Below, in pieces: positions 1-9,449 of a stretch of 47,366 nucleotides of DNA. Within the stretch, counting starts at the first letter, position 1. The number at the start of each line of letters is the position of its first letter. Both the position numbers and the translations under genes were made by a program. The notes beneath the pieces are model-generated. The model was given only the letters and a program-made list of their open reading frames with translations. It did no database searches and had not been told where the DNA came from. The stretch covers positions 1-47,366 of the forward strand of contig CAZYOB010000006.1 in NCBI GenBank assembly GCA_964648275.1, given 5' to 3'. The DNA comes from an uncultured Pseudomonadales bacterium (GTDB lineage: Bacteria > Patescibacteriota > Microgenomatia > UBA1400 > MFAQ01).

Positions 1-147
1 CTTTACAGGTTGATCCTGATGTTTAAGGCTGAACAAAAGAAAAGGCACATTATTGATTTGGTTAAGCACCCAATAAATATTTTGAGAATTGTCTACCATT
101 ACTTCAAGGACAGGATTGTCGTTCCAGCTCCCCTATCTGCTCGCTAG
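1..147 (+). CDS. Partial CDS (3' end only), unknown product
   Basis: Frame 1 is open from base 1 to TAG at 145-147 (LYRLILMFKAEQKKRHIIDLVKHPINILRIVYHYFKDRIVVPAPLSAR*). It overlaps the next gene's end convergently by 15 bp. Confidence 0.45.
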   Translation, partial: LYRLILMFKAEQKKRHIIDLVKHPINILRIVYHYFKDRIVVPAPLSAR

Positions 148-1221
148 GCTCCAGTAAATCTCTCCAAGACGCTTCGCGACCTTCATTCGATCGTAATCTT
201 TTTCCGCCAATAGGCGAGCCGCCTTACCCATACTTTTCCGGATACTTTTATTACCAATCAGGTAATCCAGGTTCTTTTTCAGAGTGATGACATTCCCCGG
301 CTTGATATATAGAGCACAGGAACCGCAAACCTCAGGAATTCCTCCAGCATCGGATGTGACGACGGGAAGTCCAGTTGCCATCGCTTCAATCAGAGACATG
401 CCGTATTGTTCTTCCCAGGTTTTTGTTTTACGACTAGGAAGACAAAAAATATCTGCCTGCTGATATTCGTTGTGAATTTTACTGTAAGGAACTTTTCTGA
501 CCGTGACGTTTCTGTAGCCTTTCAGATCTTGTTTCAGAGGGCCATCCCCAATAAAGGTTAGCCATACCTTTTTATTTGTCTTGTATATCTCCAAGAAAGC
601 TTCTAGGAGATCCATTACACCTTTTTCCGGTACGAGTCTAGCTACGCAGAGTATGTGAATACCACCTTTATCTCTTTTTATTTTCGGCTTGAATTTCTGG
701 ATATCGATGCCAAGCTTAAGAACTTCAATCTTGTGGTCACTAACCCCCTCCTTGATCAGAGCCTCCCTTGCTTTATTGGTTACAGCTAAAAACTTATCGA
801 TGTTCTCGTAGGCATACTGTTTATATTGCTTTCTTCCCCGGATTCCTTCGTTGTTATGAGGAATAGTCTCCCAGACAGTGCTAACTATTTTTTTAATTAA
901 TCCCCTTCTCTTGGCCACGATTGACTGGTGCGTATATCCATAGTATGTTTCAGCGACATGTACCACATCGCTACCGGCAATGACTTTTTCTAAACCAAAT
1001 AATTTATGTGCATCTGTGAAAAGCCTATTTAGAATTGGGAATTTTAATGGAAAATTTGGCAAGTCAGTTAGGGACCAAAGCTTTTTTAGTGGAAAGTCAA
1101 TCTTGTCTGAAATTGTATGTTTTGAGGAAATAGCCTGAAGGCTAAACTCCTCTTTTAGCGGAGAATAATTTTGGAGTTCATACGGGTTAAGAAAGGCGCC
1201 TCTGACGATTAAAATTTTCAT
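133..1221 (-). CDS. Glycosyltransferase family 4 (GT-B)
   Basis: ARLVPEKG and EQYGMSLIEAMATG (EX7E) motifs. Confidence 0.92.
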   Translation of the reverse strand: MKILIVRGAFLNPYELQNYSPLKEEFSLQAISSKHTISDKIDFPLKKLWSLTDLPNFPLKFPILNRLFTDAHKLFGLEKVIAGSDVVHVAETYYGYTHQSIVAKRRGLIKKIVSTVWETIPHNNEGIRGRKQYKQYAYENIDKFLAVTNKAREALIKEGVSDHKIEVLKLGIDIQKFKPKIKRDKGGIHILCVARLVPEKGVMDLLEAFLEIYKTNKKVWLTFIGDGPLKQDLKGYRNVTVRKVPYSKIHNEYQQADIFCLPSRKTKTWEEQYGMSLIEAMATGLPVVTSDAGGIPEVCGSCALYIKPGNVITLKKNLDYLIGNKSIRKSMGKAARLLAEKDYDRMKVAKRLGEIYWSLASR

Positions 1222-2087
1222 GATTTTGAGAAACTTCTTAATTTAATGAATATTGAATCTATATAAAAAAGCGGTTGCATAAGAAAATTTTCGATAATGT
1301 TGAAATATTTCAAAAAATAATAACTCCTTGAACGTGTCCACGCATCAGAATTGCTTCTACTTCTATTATTACTGCTCCCGCCACCAAAGTGTCTAGCAGT
1401 AGCTGACGGTACATATATTACTTGCATTCCTGCTTTCTTTGCCCTGAGACAATAATCCATGTCTTCAAGATACATGAAATATTTTTCATCTAGATAGCCA
1501 ATCTTATTAACTGTCTTACCTGTGATAAGCATAAAACCGCCAGTCACTCCATCTACGTCCACGGTGTTTTTTGAGGCAGGCACATCCTCATAATAAAAAT
1601 ATTTATGCCAGTAATCATTGGGGTACAATTTACGTAAATTTGTAAAATCGAATATTCCTACCGATAAATTTATTTTCCGAAAATGGTCTCCTTGCTTCTG
1701 ACCATTAAATCCTACCGTCTTCCCCCCTGCTATTCCTGCCCTGCGCTTTTTGGTCTCTTGAACCATATTAAGGAGAGCGTTCCTCCTGATTACAGTGTCT
1801 GGGTTGATCAGTAAGAAGTAATGGCTTTGGAGAGAGGCGTGTATTCCGACGTTAACAGCCTTTGAGAAGCCAAGGTTTGAATGTTGCACTAACAGATCTA
1901 TATTTTTGTTTCGATATTTGCCCACAACCTTTTTTGTACTATCTCCTGACTTATTGTCTACAACGATGATTTTCCGATAATAACCCGATGGCCAAAATTC
2001 TACGAGACTCTTAATGCATTTCTCTATGAATTTTGATGAATTGTAAGTGACAATTATCGCTGTGATTAGCTCTTTTTCTGTTGACAT
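1218..2087 (-). CDS. Glycosyltransferase family 2 (WbbL-like)
   Basis: IIVTYNS, VVDNKSGD, NLGFSKAVN, LINPD and YLEDMD motifs. Confidence 0.92.
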   Translation of the reverse strand: MSTEKELITAIIVTYNSSKFIEKCIKSLVEFWPSGYYRKIIVVDNKSGDSTKKVVGKYRNKNIDLLVQHSNLGFSKAVNVGIHASLQSHYFLLINPDTVIRRNALLNMVQETKKRRAGIAGGKTVGFNGQKQGDHFRKINLSVGIFDFTNLRKLYPNDYWHKYFYYEDVPASKNTVDVDGVTGGFMLITGKTVNKIGYLDEKYFMYLEDMDYCLRAKKAGMQVIYVPSATARHFGGGSSNNRSRSNSDAWTRSRSYYFLKYFNIIENFLMQPLFYIDSIFIKLRSFSKS

Positions 2088-2120
2088 TTAGATAATTATC
2101 TCCGATATTATATATACGAT

Positions 2121-4586
2121 ATGGTTTTTCTAAGGGGTGCTGTCACAGTACTTTGTTTCGTAATATTTATATTCTATTCAAGTTTGCCAACTTATGCGAG
2201 CTCCTCAGTATTTTTTCGAGACGATTTTAACTCAATAAACGACTTTGATTGGATAATCTCGGATATGCAAAATGAGGTTGAAATAATCCACAATAGCTCT
2301 AACGAAGGTCTATTGAGGCTATCTTCTCCTATTGACCACGAGATTCCTTTCCTCCAATTAAAAAAAGATCTTGGCTTGCTAGATAATTTTTATGTAGAGT
2401 TTAGATATCGTATGACAGGACCTGGATTTGGCTCGGGTTTAATTTTATCTGACAAACAACTTGAGCCTTACTCAAGGGAAATGTCCTGGGATGACTTTAT
2501 TTTTGTCATTTGGCCAAATGGGACTGGGGGGTATAGCATCGTATCTCGCCCTTGTCCTTCAGCCGAAGTGACATGCGTCCATGATGAATACAGACAACAA
2601 GTAAGTCCAACTCAGGACTCTCAATGGCATGTTATTAAATTTAACTACTTAGAAGGTGTCTATACCGTATATATCGACAATGTATTATTTTTTGAGTCTA
2701 GTCATTCTGACCTAAAAGTCAAATATATTTATTTTGGAAGTCCTCACAGAACCATCACGAACACAGCTTGGCCTATCCACGAACTTGACTACATCCACGT
2801 CTCTAGTGAAGAAGACAGCATAGTACAGAAATTTAAAATGGTTCTAATTCCAGGCCTCGGGTCATCGTGGAATTTAGATGCAATTATGGATGGTAGCACT
2901 GATAGTGATTGGGAAGTGCCGGAGTTTGTTGATCTTTACGATAGCCTAATTAAGTCAATCGAAAATAACGGATATGTGCGCGATAAGGACTTATATATTT
3001 TCGGATATGATTGGAGAAAATCAATTGATAATCTGGCTGACGATCTGCAAGATTATATTGATGCGATGAATTTAAATACAGGAGAAAAAATATATTTAGT
3101 AGGTCATAGTATGGGGGGATTAGTGGCTCGTTCTTATGTTCAGAAATATGGATTGGATAACGTTGAAAAGATCGTTACTCTCGGATCTCCTCATCAAGGA
3201 GTCCTAGATGCATATCCAGTTTGGGAAGGGGCGGCTCTTTGGGGGGATGTTTGGTGGGAAAAAGCCGCTCTTGAGCTGGCAGTTCACCTGAATCGAAAAC
3301 CAGGAGAGTCAAGAGTAAAAGCTCTAAGATCTCAGGCACCTGGAATAAAGGATTTGTTGCCAGTATATGAGTTCCTCGTCTCCAATGGCCTGAAAAAACC
3401 TTTGAGTCAACTGTCACAGAAGAACGAATATCTCGCCGAGTTAAATAACATCCTTAATGGAGCAGATTCGGTAATGAAGACTTTTATGGGAATTGGGATT
3501 CAAACAAGAAGCGCCCTAAATGTGACCCAACGGACGGGGTTGGACAAACTGCTTGATCGCTGGGAAGATGGCAAACCTCTGGCAAATAATCCCTTTATTT
3601 TCGCTGATGGAGATGGAACTGTTTTAAAGACGAGTGCTGCAGGACCTTTTAGTTCCACTTTGGAGATAAATAAAAGTCATATTGGTTTAGCATATGAGAA
3701 AAATAGCATTGAAAGTATTCTTGAGGAGTTTGGATTAGATAGGTCTAAGGCAGAGGTTGTGGAGCCAGACAAGAGGGATAATTTTCTGGCCGTAATATTG
3801 AGATCTCCGGGAAGACTGCTAGTATGCGATGAGTCAGGTGAAACTTGTAACGAAAATTTTGGATTGTATTTTCCAACCCAAAAATTGTTTTTGCTCCCAG
3901 GGTATGGGGGACAGAAGATATCTGCCAAGGTAATCGAGGATGGTTTTGGAAAATATGATCTGCACGTTGGCCTTGTGTACGAAGAGGAGGATTGGAGTGT
4001 TCTGAAGGGAAACTTAGAAGCATCGAATCAAATCGATGGATACATCATTGAAGGTAGAAACGATTCGACAGATATTATTCCAGATGAAGATACAGAGAAT
4101 CATTACCTTAATGCGGCTGCCAGCGAGTTAGGATTGTTTTCTCCGAGCTGGGATAGAGGAGGTTATTTTACTAAAGCAAGGGACAAAAATATTGCGAAAA
4201 ATTTAAGACTCAAATATATAAGACTTTTGAGGACGGTTCTCAGACAGGAGTATAAGAAAGCGGTCAAGAAAAATAACCCAGACTATTTACTGGCGGTAAA
4301 TGCTGTCTGGAATACAAATGATTACTTGGCACGTGTTTTGCTTAAGGGGCAAGGGAAAAACAAGGAATCGTCCGTGGCTGCTTACATAAAAAGGACAAAA
4401 AATCTTTCCCAATTGGTAAACACGAGACTAGCAAAAGGAAACAATTTACTAACGGGGATGATATATGAGTTTGCTTCCAAGAAAATGGCTAATATTAGTT
4501 CCCTAGATACAAAAGAATTTGATTTGCGAGCAGATCTTCTCATGAGTGTGGAATATCTTCTATATACGACACTCGACAATATATAA
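2121..4586 (+). CDS. Secreted multidomain alpha/beta hydrolase (LCAT/PGAP1-like lipase domain with N-terminal beta-sandwich)
   Basis: Signal-peptide-like N-terminus; LIPGLGSS, YDWR, GHSMGG nucleophile elbow, LGSPHQG, GDGTV and a downstream His (KSHIG). Confidence 0.8.
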   Translation: MVFLRGAVTVLCFVIFIFYSSLPTYASSSVFFRDDFNSINDFDWIISDMQNEVEIIHNSSNEGLLRLSSPIDHEIPFLQLKKDLGLLDNFYVEFRYRMTGPGFGSGLILSDKQLEPYSREMSWDDFIFVIWPNGTGGYSIVSRPCPSAEVTCVHDEYRQQVSPTQDSQWHVIKFNYLEGVYTVYIDNVLFFESSHSDLKVKYIYFGSPHRTITNTAWPIHELDYIHVSSEEDSIVQKFKMVLIPGLGSSWNLDAIMDGSTDSDWEVPEFVDLYDSLIKSIENNGYVRDKDLYIFGYDWRKSIDNLADDLQDYIDAMNLNTGEKIYLVGHSMGGLVARSYVQKYGLDNVEKIVTLGSPHQGVLDAYPVWEGAALWGDVWWEKAALELAVHLNRKPGESRVKALRSQAPGIKDLLPVYEFLVSNGLKKPLSQLSQKNEYLAELNNILNGADSVMKTFMGIGIQTRSALNVTQRTGLDKLLDRWEDGKPLANNPFIFADGDGTVLKTSAAGPFSSTLEINKSHIGLAYEKNSIESILEEFGLDRSKAEVVEPDKRDNFLAVILRSPGRLLVCDESGETCNENFGLYFPTQKLFLLPGYGGQKISAKVIEDGFGKYDLHVGLVYEEEDWSVLKGNLEASNQIDGYIIEGRNDSTDIIPDEDTENHYLNAAASELGLFSPSWDRGGYFTKARDKNIAKNLRLKYIRLLRTVLRQEYKKAVKKNNPDYLLAVNAVWNTNDYLARVLLKGQGKNKESSVAAYIKRTKNLSQLVNTRLAKGNNLLTGMIYEFASKKMANISSLDTKEFDLRADLLMSVEYLLYTTLDNI

Positions 4587-4612
4587 AAAACCAGTGGGGT
4601 TACCACTGGTTT
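4585..4612 (-). terminator. Intrinsic terminator between convergent genes
   Basis: AAACCAGTGG-ggtta-CCACTGGTTT hairpin; T6 tract on the minus strand. Confidence 0.75.
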
Positions 4613-4626
4613 GGAGCTTAGCAAAG

Positions 4627-4968
4627 CTAAAATATCAAGGTGATTAGTACTGGCCAATAGAAAAAGAGGGCAGATAAAAGAATCATCCAAATGATTCCCG
4701 CTGCAGCGTTGCATATCATAGAGTAAGGGAACTCCCAACTATTTTCCGATTTACCTGTGCGATAAAAAAGCGGGGCGCAGATAAGATATGCAAGAAGTGC
4801 GATTAATAGGAAATACGATGAAAAGACAACTGACTGGGAGATTGCCCCACCCACTATAATGAAGGTAAGGAACAGACCAACCCCAAATGGTATAAAGTCA
4901 CCTACATCTTCGAGACTGCGATAACCAACAATCACCGGCCAGGTGAGTAAGCGAAGAATGTTTCTCAT
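4627..4968 (-). CDS. Small hypothetical membrane protein (about 3 TM)
   Basis: Hydrophobic 113-aa ORF with AGGAG SD, TTGATT-18-TATAAT promoter upstream and a terminator downstream. Confidence 0.7.
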   Translation of the reverse strand: MRNILRLLTWPVIVGYRSLEDVGDFIPFGVGLFLTFIIVGGAISQSVVFSSYFLLIALLAYLICAPLFYRTGKSENSWEFPYSMICNAAAGIIWMILLSALFFYWPVLITLIF

Positions 4969-5065
4969 ATTTTTTACTCCTGTAAATGTACGAGGTAGAG
5001 GTCCTCAGGTTAATTTAGGAGATTATACTTCAGGAAAAAGCGAAAAATCAAATTATGGGGTATTG

Positions 5066-5139
5066 TGGACCCGGAAGGACTTGAACCTTCGACCTCTGCA
5101 ATGTGAATGCAGCGCTCTAGCCAGCTGAGCTACGAGTCC
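5066..5139 (-). tRNA. tRNA-Val (anticodon CAC), CCA not encoded
   Basis: GGACTCG/CGGGTCC acceptor stem, TAGCTCAG D-arm, CTGCA-TT-CAC-AT-TGCAG anticodon arm, GGTTCAAGTCC T-arm, discriminator A. Confidence 0.96.
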
Positions 5140-5177
5140 AGGCTTGAATTATTATACTAGACAATCTAAACTAAATT

Positions 5178-5741
5178 GTGTATTTCCTAAAAAAGATCAT
5201 CCGAATCATCTATGAGTTTATAGAGGCTTTTGTAATCTCAGCCTCGGTTTTTGTGGTTGTTTATTTGTTCCTCATGCAGCCACATCAGGTAAAAGGCAGC
5301 TCGATGTTCCCCACCTTCAAAGATCAGGAGTATTTATTGACCGATAAGGTGACATACAAGACTAGGCTACCAAAATATGGGGATGTGATCGTATTCAAAG
5401 CTCCCATAAACGAAAATTTTGACTTCATTAAGCGAGTAATTGCTACTCCCGGTCAGACAATAATGGTTAAGGATGGCCATCTTTATGTCGATGGTCAAAA
5501 GCTTGATGAGTTTTACCTCCCGCAGGAGTATACAACGAGCCCCGGGCAGTTTCTGCACGAAAATGAATCATTTATAGTCCCGGCTGGCACAATAATGGCC
5601 ATGGGAGATAACAGGGATCACTCATCTGATAGTAGAGACTGGGGGCCAGTACCCTATCAGAATATAGTTGGGAGGGTATTTTTTAGATATTGGCCGGCAG
5701 AAGTAGTGGGAGTTGTCAGCAATCCCACAAGATCTGAGTAG
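5178..5741 (+). CDS. lepB: Signal peptidase I
   Basis: GSSMFPT (catalytic Ser), FIKR (catalytic Lys), MGDNRDHSSDSR. Confidence 0.96.
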   Translation: MYFLKKIIRIIYEFIEAFVISASVFVVVYLFLMQPHQVKGSSMFPTFKDQEYLLTDKVTYKTRLPKYGDVIVFKAPINENFDFIKRVIATPGQTIMVKDGHLYVDGQKLDEFYLPQEYTTSPGQFLHENESFIVPAGTIMAMGDNRDHSSDSRDWGPVPYQNIVGRVFFRYWPAEVVGVVSNPTRSE

Positions 5742-5742
5742 T

Positions 5743-6744
5743 TTAGTAGTCTTGAAAATTATCCGGATCCGTTGGTACTGATTCTTGGCCGATGTTTTGA
5801 GCCTGATCAACAATGGGCTCGAAAGGGTTGGTGTATGTAGTTTCTGTTTCAGCTGACTCGATAGGCGGAGATTTCTCCGGTTCCAATGGCTCAATGTTTT
5901 CAGGAGTCTTTTCAGGAGCAGGTTCATGACCAACCAAGGAGTCGTAGATTTTTTGGATCTGACTTTCTGTCTCCTCAGGATTACCTTTCAGAACGATATG
6001 AATGGCTGTTTCTATCCTGGAACGGCGCATTTTGACATGGGCATTTTCTCCGATAGATTTCTGGAGCTCATCTGCCATATTATCGATGGATTCATTGACT
6101 GTTTTTGTGTCAAAGCCGTCTATGGCTTTGGACTTGTGCATGCTCTTTTTGAATCGGCGAGCAAGTTCCTCAGCGCGTCTAACAGAGGCGCCCTCTCTAA
6201 GAATGATCTTGTAAGCCTCGATCATGGCCTGCTTGTCAGGGATGGCTGCCAGGGCTCTTGCGTGTCCTTCTGTGATGACGCCTGAAATCAAACCGTCTTT
6301 CAGAGCATCAGGAAGTTCCAGGAGACGGAGGGTGTTACTGACGTAGGCAGGGCTTTTGCCTATCCTGCTACAAATGTCCGAATTAGACAATCGAAATTCC
6401 TGAATTAAGCGTTCGAATGAATTAGCCCGATCTACCGGGTTAAGGTCAGTTCTCTGGACATTCTCCACGATAGCCATCTCGAGCATTCCCTGGGGGGTGG
6501 TCTCGATGAGACGTACGGGGACTTCTTTAAGGCCGACTAAGCGAGAGGCTCTCCAACGACGCTCTCCGGCAATGATCTGGAAACCTGCAGGGGTATGGGC
6601 AACAACAAGCGGTTGGATGATACCGTGGGTTTTGATGGAATCAATTAACTCTGAGAGAGATTCGGGTGTAATTACCCCTCTTGGCTGAAGAGGATTGGGC
6701 TGAAGTTGATCAATCGGTAAGAGAGAGATCTGCCCGTTGTCCAT
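5743..6744 (-). CDS. parB: ParB/Spo0J partition protein
   Basis: PNPLQPR, GIIQP, IAGERRWRA, ENVQR, HTH region and EGHARAL; acidic C-terminal tail. Confidence 0.93.
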   Translation of the reverse strand: MDNGQISLLPIDQLQPNPLQPRGVITPESLSELIDSIKTHGIIQPLVVAHTPAGFQIIAGERRWRASRLVGLKEVPVRLIETTPQGMLEMAIVENVQRTDLNPVDRANSFERLIQEFRLSNSDICSRIGKSPAYVSNTLRLLELPDALKDGLISGVITEGHARALAAIPDKQAMIEAYKIILREGASVRRAEELARRFKKSMHKSKAIDGFDTKTVNESIDNMADELQKSIGENAHVKMRRSRIETAIHIVLKGNPEETESQIQKIYDSLVGHEPAPEKTPENIEPLEPEKSPPIESAETETTYTNPFEPIVDQAQNIGQESVPTDPDNFQDY

Positions 6745-6996
6745 TTATTGTGCGTTTACTTCGACGTAACTAACGCCCTTATTTTTCTTAAATTTGACAG
6801 CACCGGGTGCAGTGGCGTAAAGGGAAAAATCTCTACCCAACTGAGTGTTGCTACCGGCATGAAATTGAGCTCCGCGCTGACGAACTATTATTTGTCCGGT
6901 TTTGACTTCCTGACCACCAAAAATTTTAACCCCAAGTCTTTTTCCTGGGCGTTGAGCATGTTGTCTAGCAGCTCCTCCTGATTTAACGTGTGCCAT
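6745..6996 (-). CDS. rpmA: 50S ribosomal protein L27
   Basis: MAHVKSGG, KRLGVK, GQIIVRQRG, GRDFSL. Confidence 0.97.
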   Translation of the reverse strand: MAHVKSGGAARQHAQRPGKRLGVKIFGGQEVKTGQIIVRQRGAQFHAGSNTQLGRDFSLYATAPGAVKFKKNKGVSYVEVNAQ

Positions 6997-7006
6997 ATAT
7001 TGATTA

Positions 7007-8053
7007 TTATTTCTGTAAGGTAACTATTTCACGCTTTATGCCCGCTTCCGGGCGAGAATATATCACGCGTGCTAGCAGATTGTAACCCAATATTTTCACG
7101 GAGTCAATGATACGGCTTGTGTGGTATTCCTTCCGGGCACCGGTCAGGATCGGAAAAACCATGACGATGAAGCCTCCTTTTTTGAGGGTCTTATGCCAGT
7201 CTTTGAGGCAGCCAACATAGAGTTTTTCCAAACCCTTTACGGCATAATCGACCTGGTCTGGGCGGAGATTGGGCTTGCCCAAGAAAGGCTCTGTGACAAT
7301 ACAGTCAATTTCCGTAAATTTCTTGGAAAGATGAGTAGCATCGTAGATAATGACATCAGCGTCGATTCCAAGATGTTTGAGGTTCTCGAGAGTACCGGAG
7401 ACTTGTGAAGCAGAAGTATCCAGACCGGCAACCTTGTAACCCAGCTCCGAAGCTTCAACAAGAATCCTGCCTGATCCGCAAAATGGATCCACTAAGAGCT
7501 TCCCTTGAGATTCTCCGGGAACCAAATTGACCATACTTCTGGCTATTTTGGGGGGGAGCATGCCTGCACGGGCGTTTACAAAAGGCATTTCGCGGTCTTT
7601 TTTGATCCAATGCTCAAAGTCGTGAACCCAGACAGTTTTGTAAATCTTTTTCTCATCGCGGTCAATGAACAGCTCATCAACCTTGTTTTTGAGGTTAATT
7701 ACGGGGGAAAGTCCAAATTCGTTTTTGGGAACAATAAAGCGAACCTTACCGAGTACTCCCTTAATCTCCTCACAGAGATCGTAAGAGGCTGATAGATTCT
7801 GAATATCTGTAACCGAGAAATCTTTTTGTGAAATCAGAGAAGCGAGGTTTTTTGGACTGAGATCAGAAGTCTTCAGTTCTTCAGCCAGTTTTAGGCTCGA
7901 TCCAAGGGGAGAAACAAGATTGATAGCCTCCTCTTTATTTGCTGATTCAAATGAATATACAAAATCGGAGACCTGGGTACTCCCGGGAATACGAACGGAA
8001 ACCTCCGGACCGGCGAGTGTGTTGCCGGAGCCAACGAACAAGATGAAGCGCAT
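7007..8053 (-). CDS. SAM-dependent amino-methyltransferase, Trm11/Trm14/UPF0020-like RNA methylase
   Basis: GMLPPKIARSMVNL, DPFCGSG (motif I), IVTEPFLG (variant of D/NPPY). Confidence 0.8.
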   Translation of the reverse strand: MRFILFVGSGNTLAGPEVSVRIPGSTQVSDFVYSFESANKEEAINLVSPLGSSLKLAEELKTSDLSPKNLASLISQKDFSVTDIQNLSASYDLCEEIKGVLGKVRFIVPKNEFGLSPVINLKNKVDELFIDRDEKKIYKTVWVHDFEHWIKKDREMPFVNARAGMLPPKIARSMVNLVPGESQGKLLVDPFCGSGRILVEASELGYKVAGLDTSASQVSGTLENLKHLGIDADVIIYDATHLSKKFTEIDCIVTEPFLGKPNLRPDQVDYAVKGLEKLYVGCLKDWHKTLKKGGFIVMVFPILTGARKEYHTSRIIDSVKILGYNLLARVIYSRPEAGIKREIVTLQK

Positions 8054-8058
8054 TGTTT

Positions 8059-8385
8059 TTATATATTGATGGCCTTGACGGTGAAGTGGCTTTCGAATTG
8101 TCTGTGTCCCATAACTCTACGATAACGGGATTTAGCCTTGAATTTAGCGACTCTGATTTTTACTCCCTTATCAGTACCCTCGAAATCGAGGTCTACAGAG
8201 GCTCCTTCAACAAAAGGGGCGCCTACCTGTGTCTTCTCTCCATCATGGGTAAGAAGAACGTCTTTAACATTGAGTTTTTCACCTTCTTTGAGCTCAATTT
8301 TTTCACTTACTATCTTGTCACCAACCTTGACTAAGTACTGTTTTGAGCCAAGTTGAATGACCGCATGTAACTGTTTGTTTGTCAT
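8059..8385 (-). CDS. rplU: 50S ribosomal protein L21
   Basis: AVIQLGSKQYLV, GAPFVEGA, KFKAKSRYRRVMGHRQ. Confidence 0.97.
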   Translation of the reverse strand: MTNKQLHAVIQLGSKQYLVKVGDKIVSEKIELKEGEKLNVKDVLLTHDGEKTQVGAPFVEGASVDLDFEGTDKGVKIRVAKFKAKSRYRRVMGHRQFESHFTVKAINI

Positions 8386-8393
8386 GGGCGCAA

Positions 8394-9449
8394 TTATATC
8401 TCAAAAGGGGTCATTAAATCAAGGAGCCTAAGTTCCAAACCGATCAAAATTGCGAAGCTCAGAAGGGAGCTGCCCCCGTAAGAGAAAATCGGCAAGGTAA
8501 TGCCAGTCACAGGCATGACCCCCAAATTCATGCCAATATTGACGACGGTTTGGAATAGAAAGACAAAAAACACCGAAAGAGAAAGCAAGACATGGCTTTT
8601 TTGCCTTAAAAGGCTGCTGATCCTTAAGTAGCGCGAAAAAAGGAAATAATAGGCAGAAAACAAAACGGCAATCCCTAGAAAGCCAAATTCCTCAGCAAAT
8701 GAAGCAAAGATAAAATCCGTGTGGCGTTCAGGTAGGTAATTTAGCTGGGATTGGGTACCTAAGCGGACTCCCTTTCCCCAAAGTTCACCTGAACCGATGG
8801 CGATAGTTGCTTGGATGACGTTATAGCCAGCACCCTTGGGGTCTTTATAAGGATTAATGAAACTCTCAATCCTCTGTCTCTGGTAGGGTTTAAGAAATTT
8901 AGATTCAAGGGGGATGAGTATCACCGCCGCTACCACACCAATAACCAGCAATCGTTTTAGGTGCCCGGTAATAGAAAGCAGAGCAATCGGAAGGAATAAT
9001 AGGGTAAGGGCAGATCCCAAATCCGGTTGTCTGGCCACCAATATCACGGGAATAATAGCCAAGACCATGAATAAAGCAAAACTTTTCATTGACTTCAGGT
9101 TGTTCTTAGATAGAAACTGGGAATAAAAAATTGCCAAAAGAGGTTTTACTATTTCAGAAGTTTGCAGATTAAAAAAGCCTAGATCGATCCAGCGAACAGA
9201 CCCACGGATATTTTTTCCGATGACTGCTGTCAGTAGTAGAAGAATGATCGATGTGACATAAAGCGCTCCGGAAAGGCTAAAAAGCAGATCGATGTCTACC
9301 TGGCTAATAAGGAAAATGATGATAACACTGGAAACAAAGAATGAAAATTGAGTAGCGAATAGATCCGGAGCAGTGCTCCAAATAGTAACCAGGCCAAGTA
9401 TTTGGATAAGAAGAAGGACAAAGATTATTGAGCCCTTTCTAGGCTTCAT
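8394..9449 (-). CDS. rodA: SEDS protein RodA
   Basis: GSVRWIDLG, QTSEIVK, QPDLG, IGSG, PERHTDFIF, PVTGITLP, SYGGSS. Confidence 0.88.
   Translation of the reverse strand: MKPRKGSIIFVLLLIQILGLVTIWSTAPDLFATQFSFFVSSVIIIFLISQVDIDLLFSLSGALYVTSIILLLLTAVIGKNIRGSVRWIDLGFFNLQTSEIVKPLLAIFYSQFLSKNNLKSMKSFALFMVLAIIPVILVARQPDLGSALTLLFLPIALLSITGHLKRLLVIGVVAAVILIPLESKFLKPYQRQRIESFINPYKDPKGAGYNVIQATIAIGSGELWGKGVRLGTQSQLNYLPERHTDFIFASFAEEFGFLGIAVLFSAYYFLFSRYLRISSLLRQKSHVLLSLSVFFVFLFQTVVNIGMNLGVMPVTGITLPIFSYGGSSLLSFAILIGLELRLLDLMTPFEI

Noticed and set aside
1-99. Minus-strand ORF start MVDNSQNIYW continuing the GT operon
   Set aside because: Cannot be excluded, but the plus-strand frame reads as a more protein-like C-terminus; the fragment is too short to decide.
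4943-5128. 61-aa ORF
   Set aside because: It runs antisense through tRNA-Val and the neighbouring promoter.
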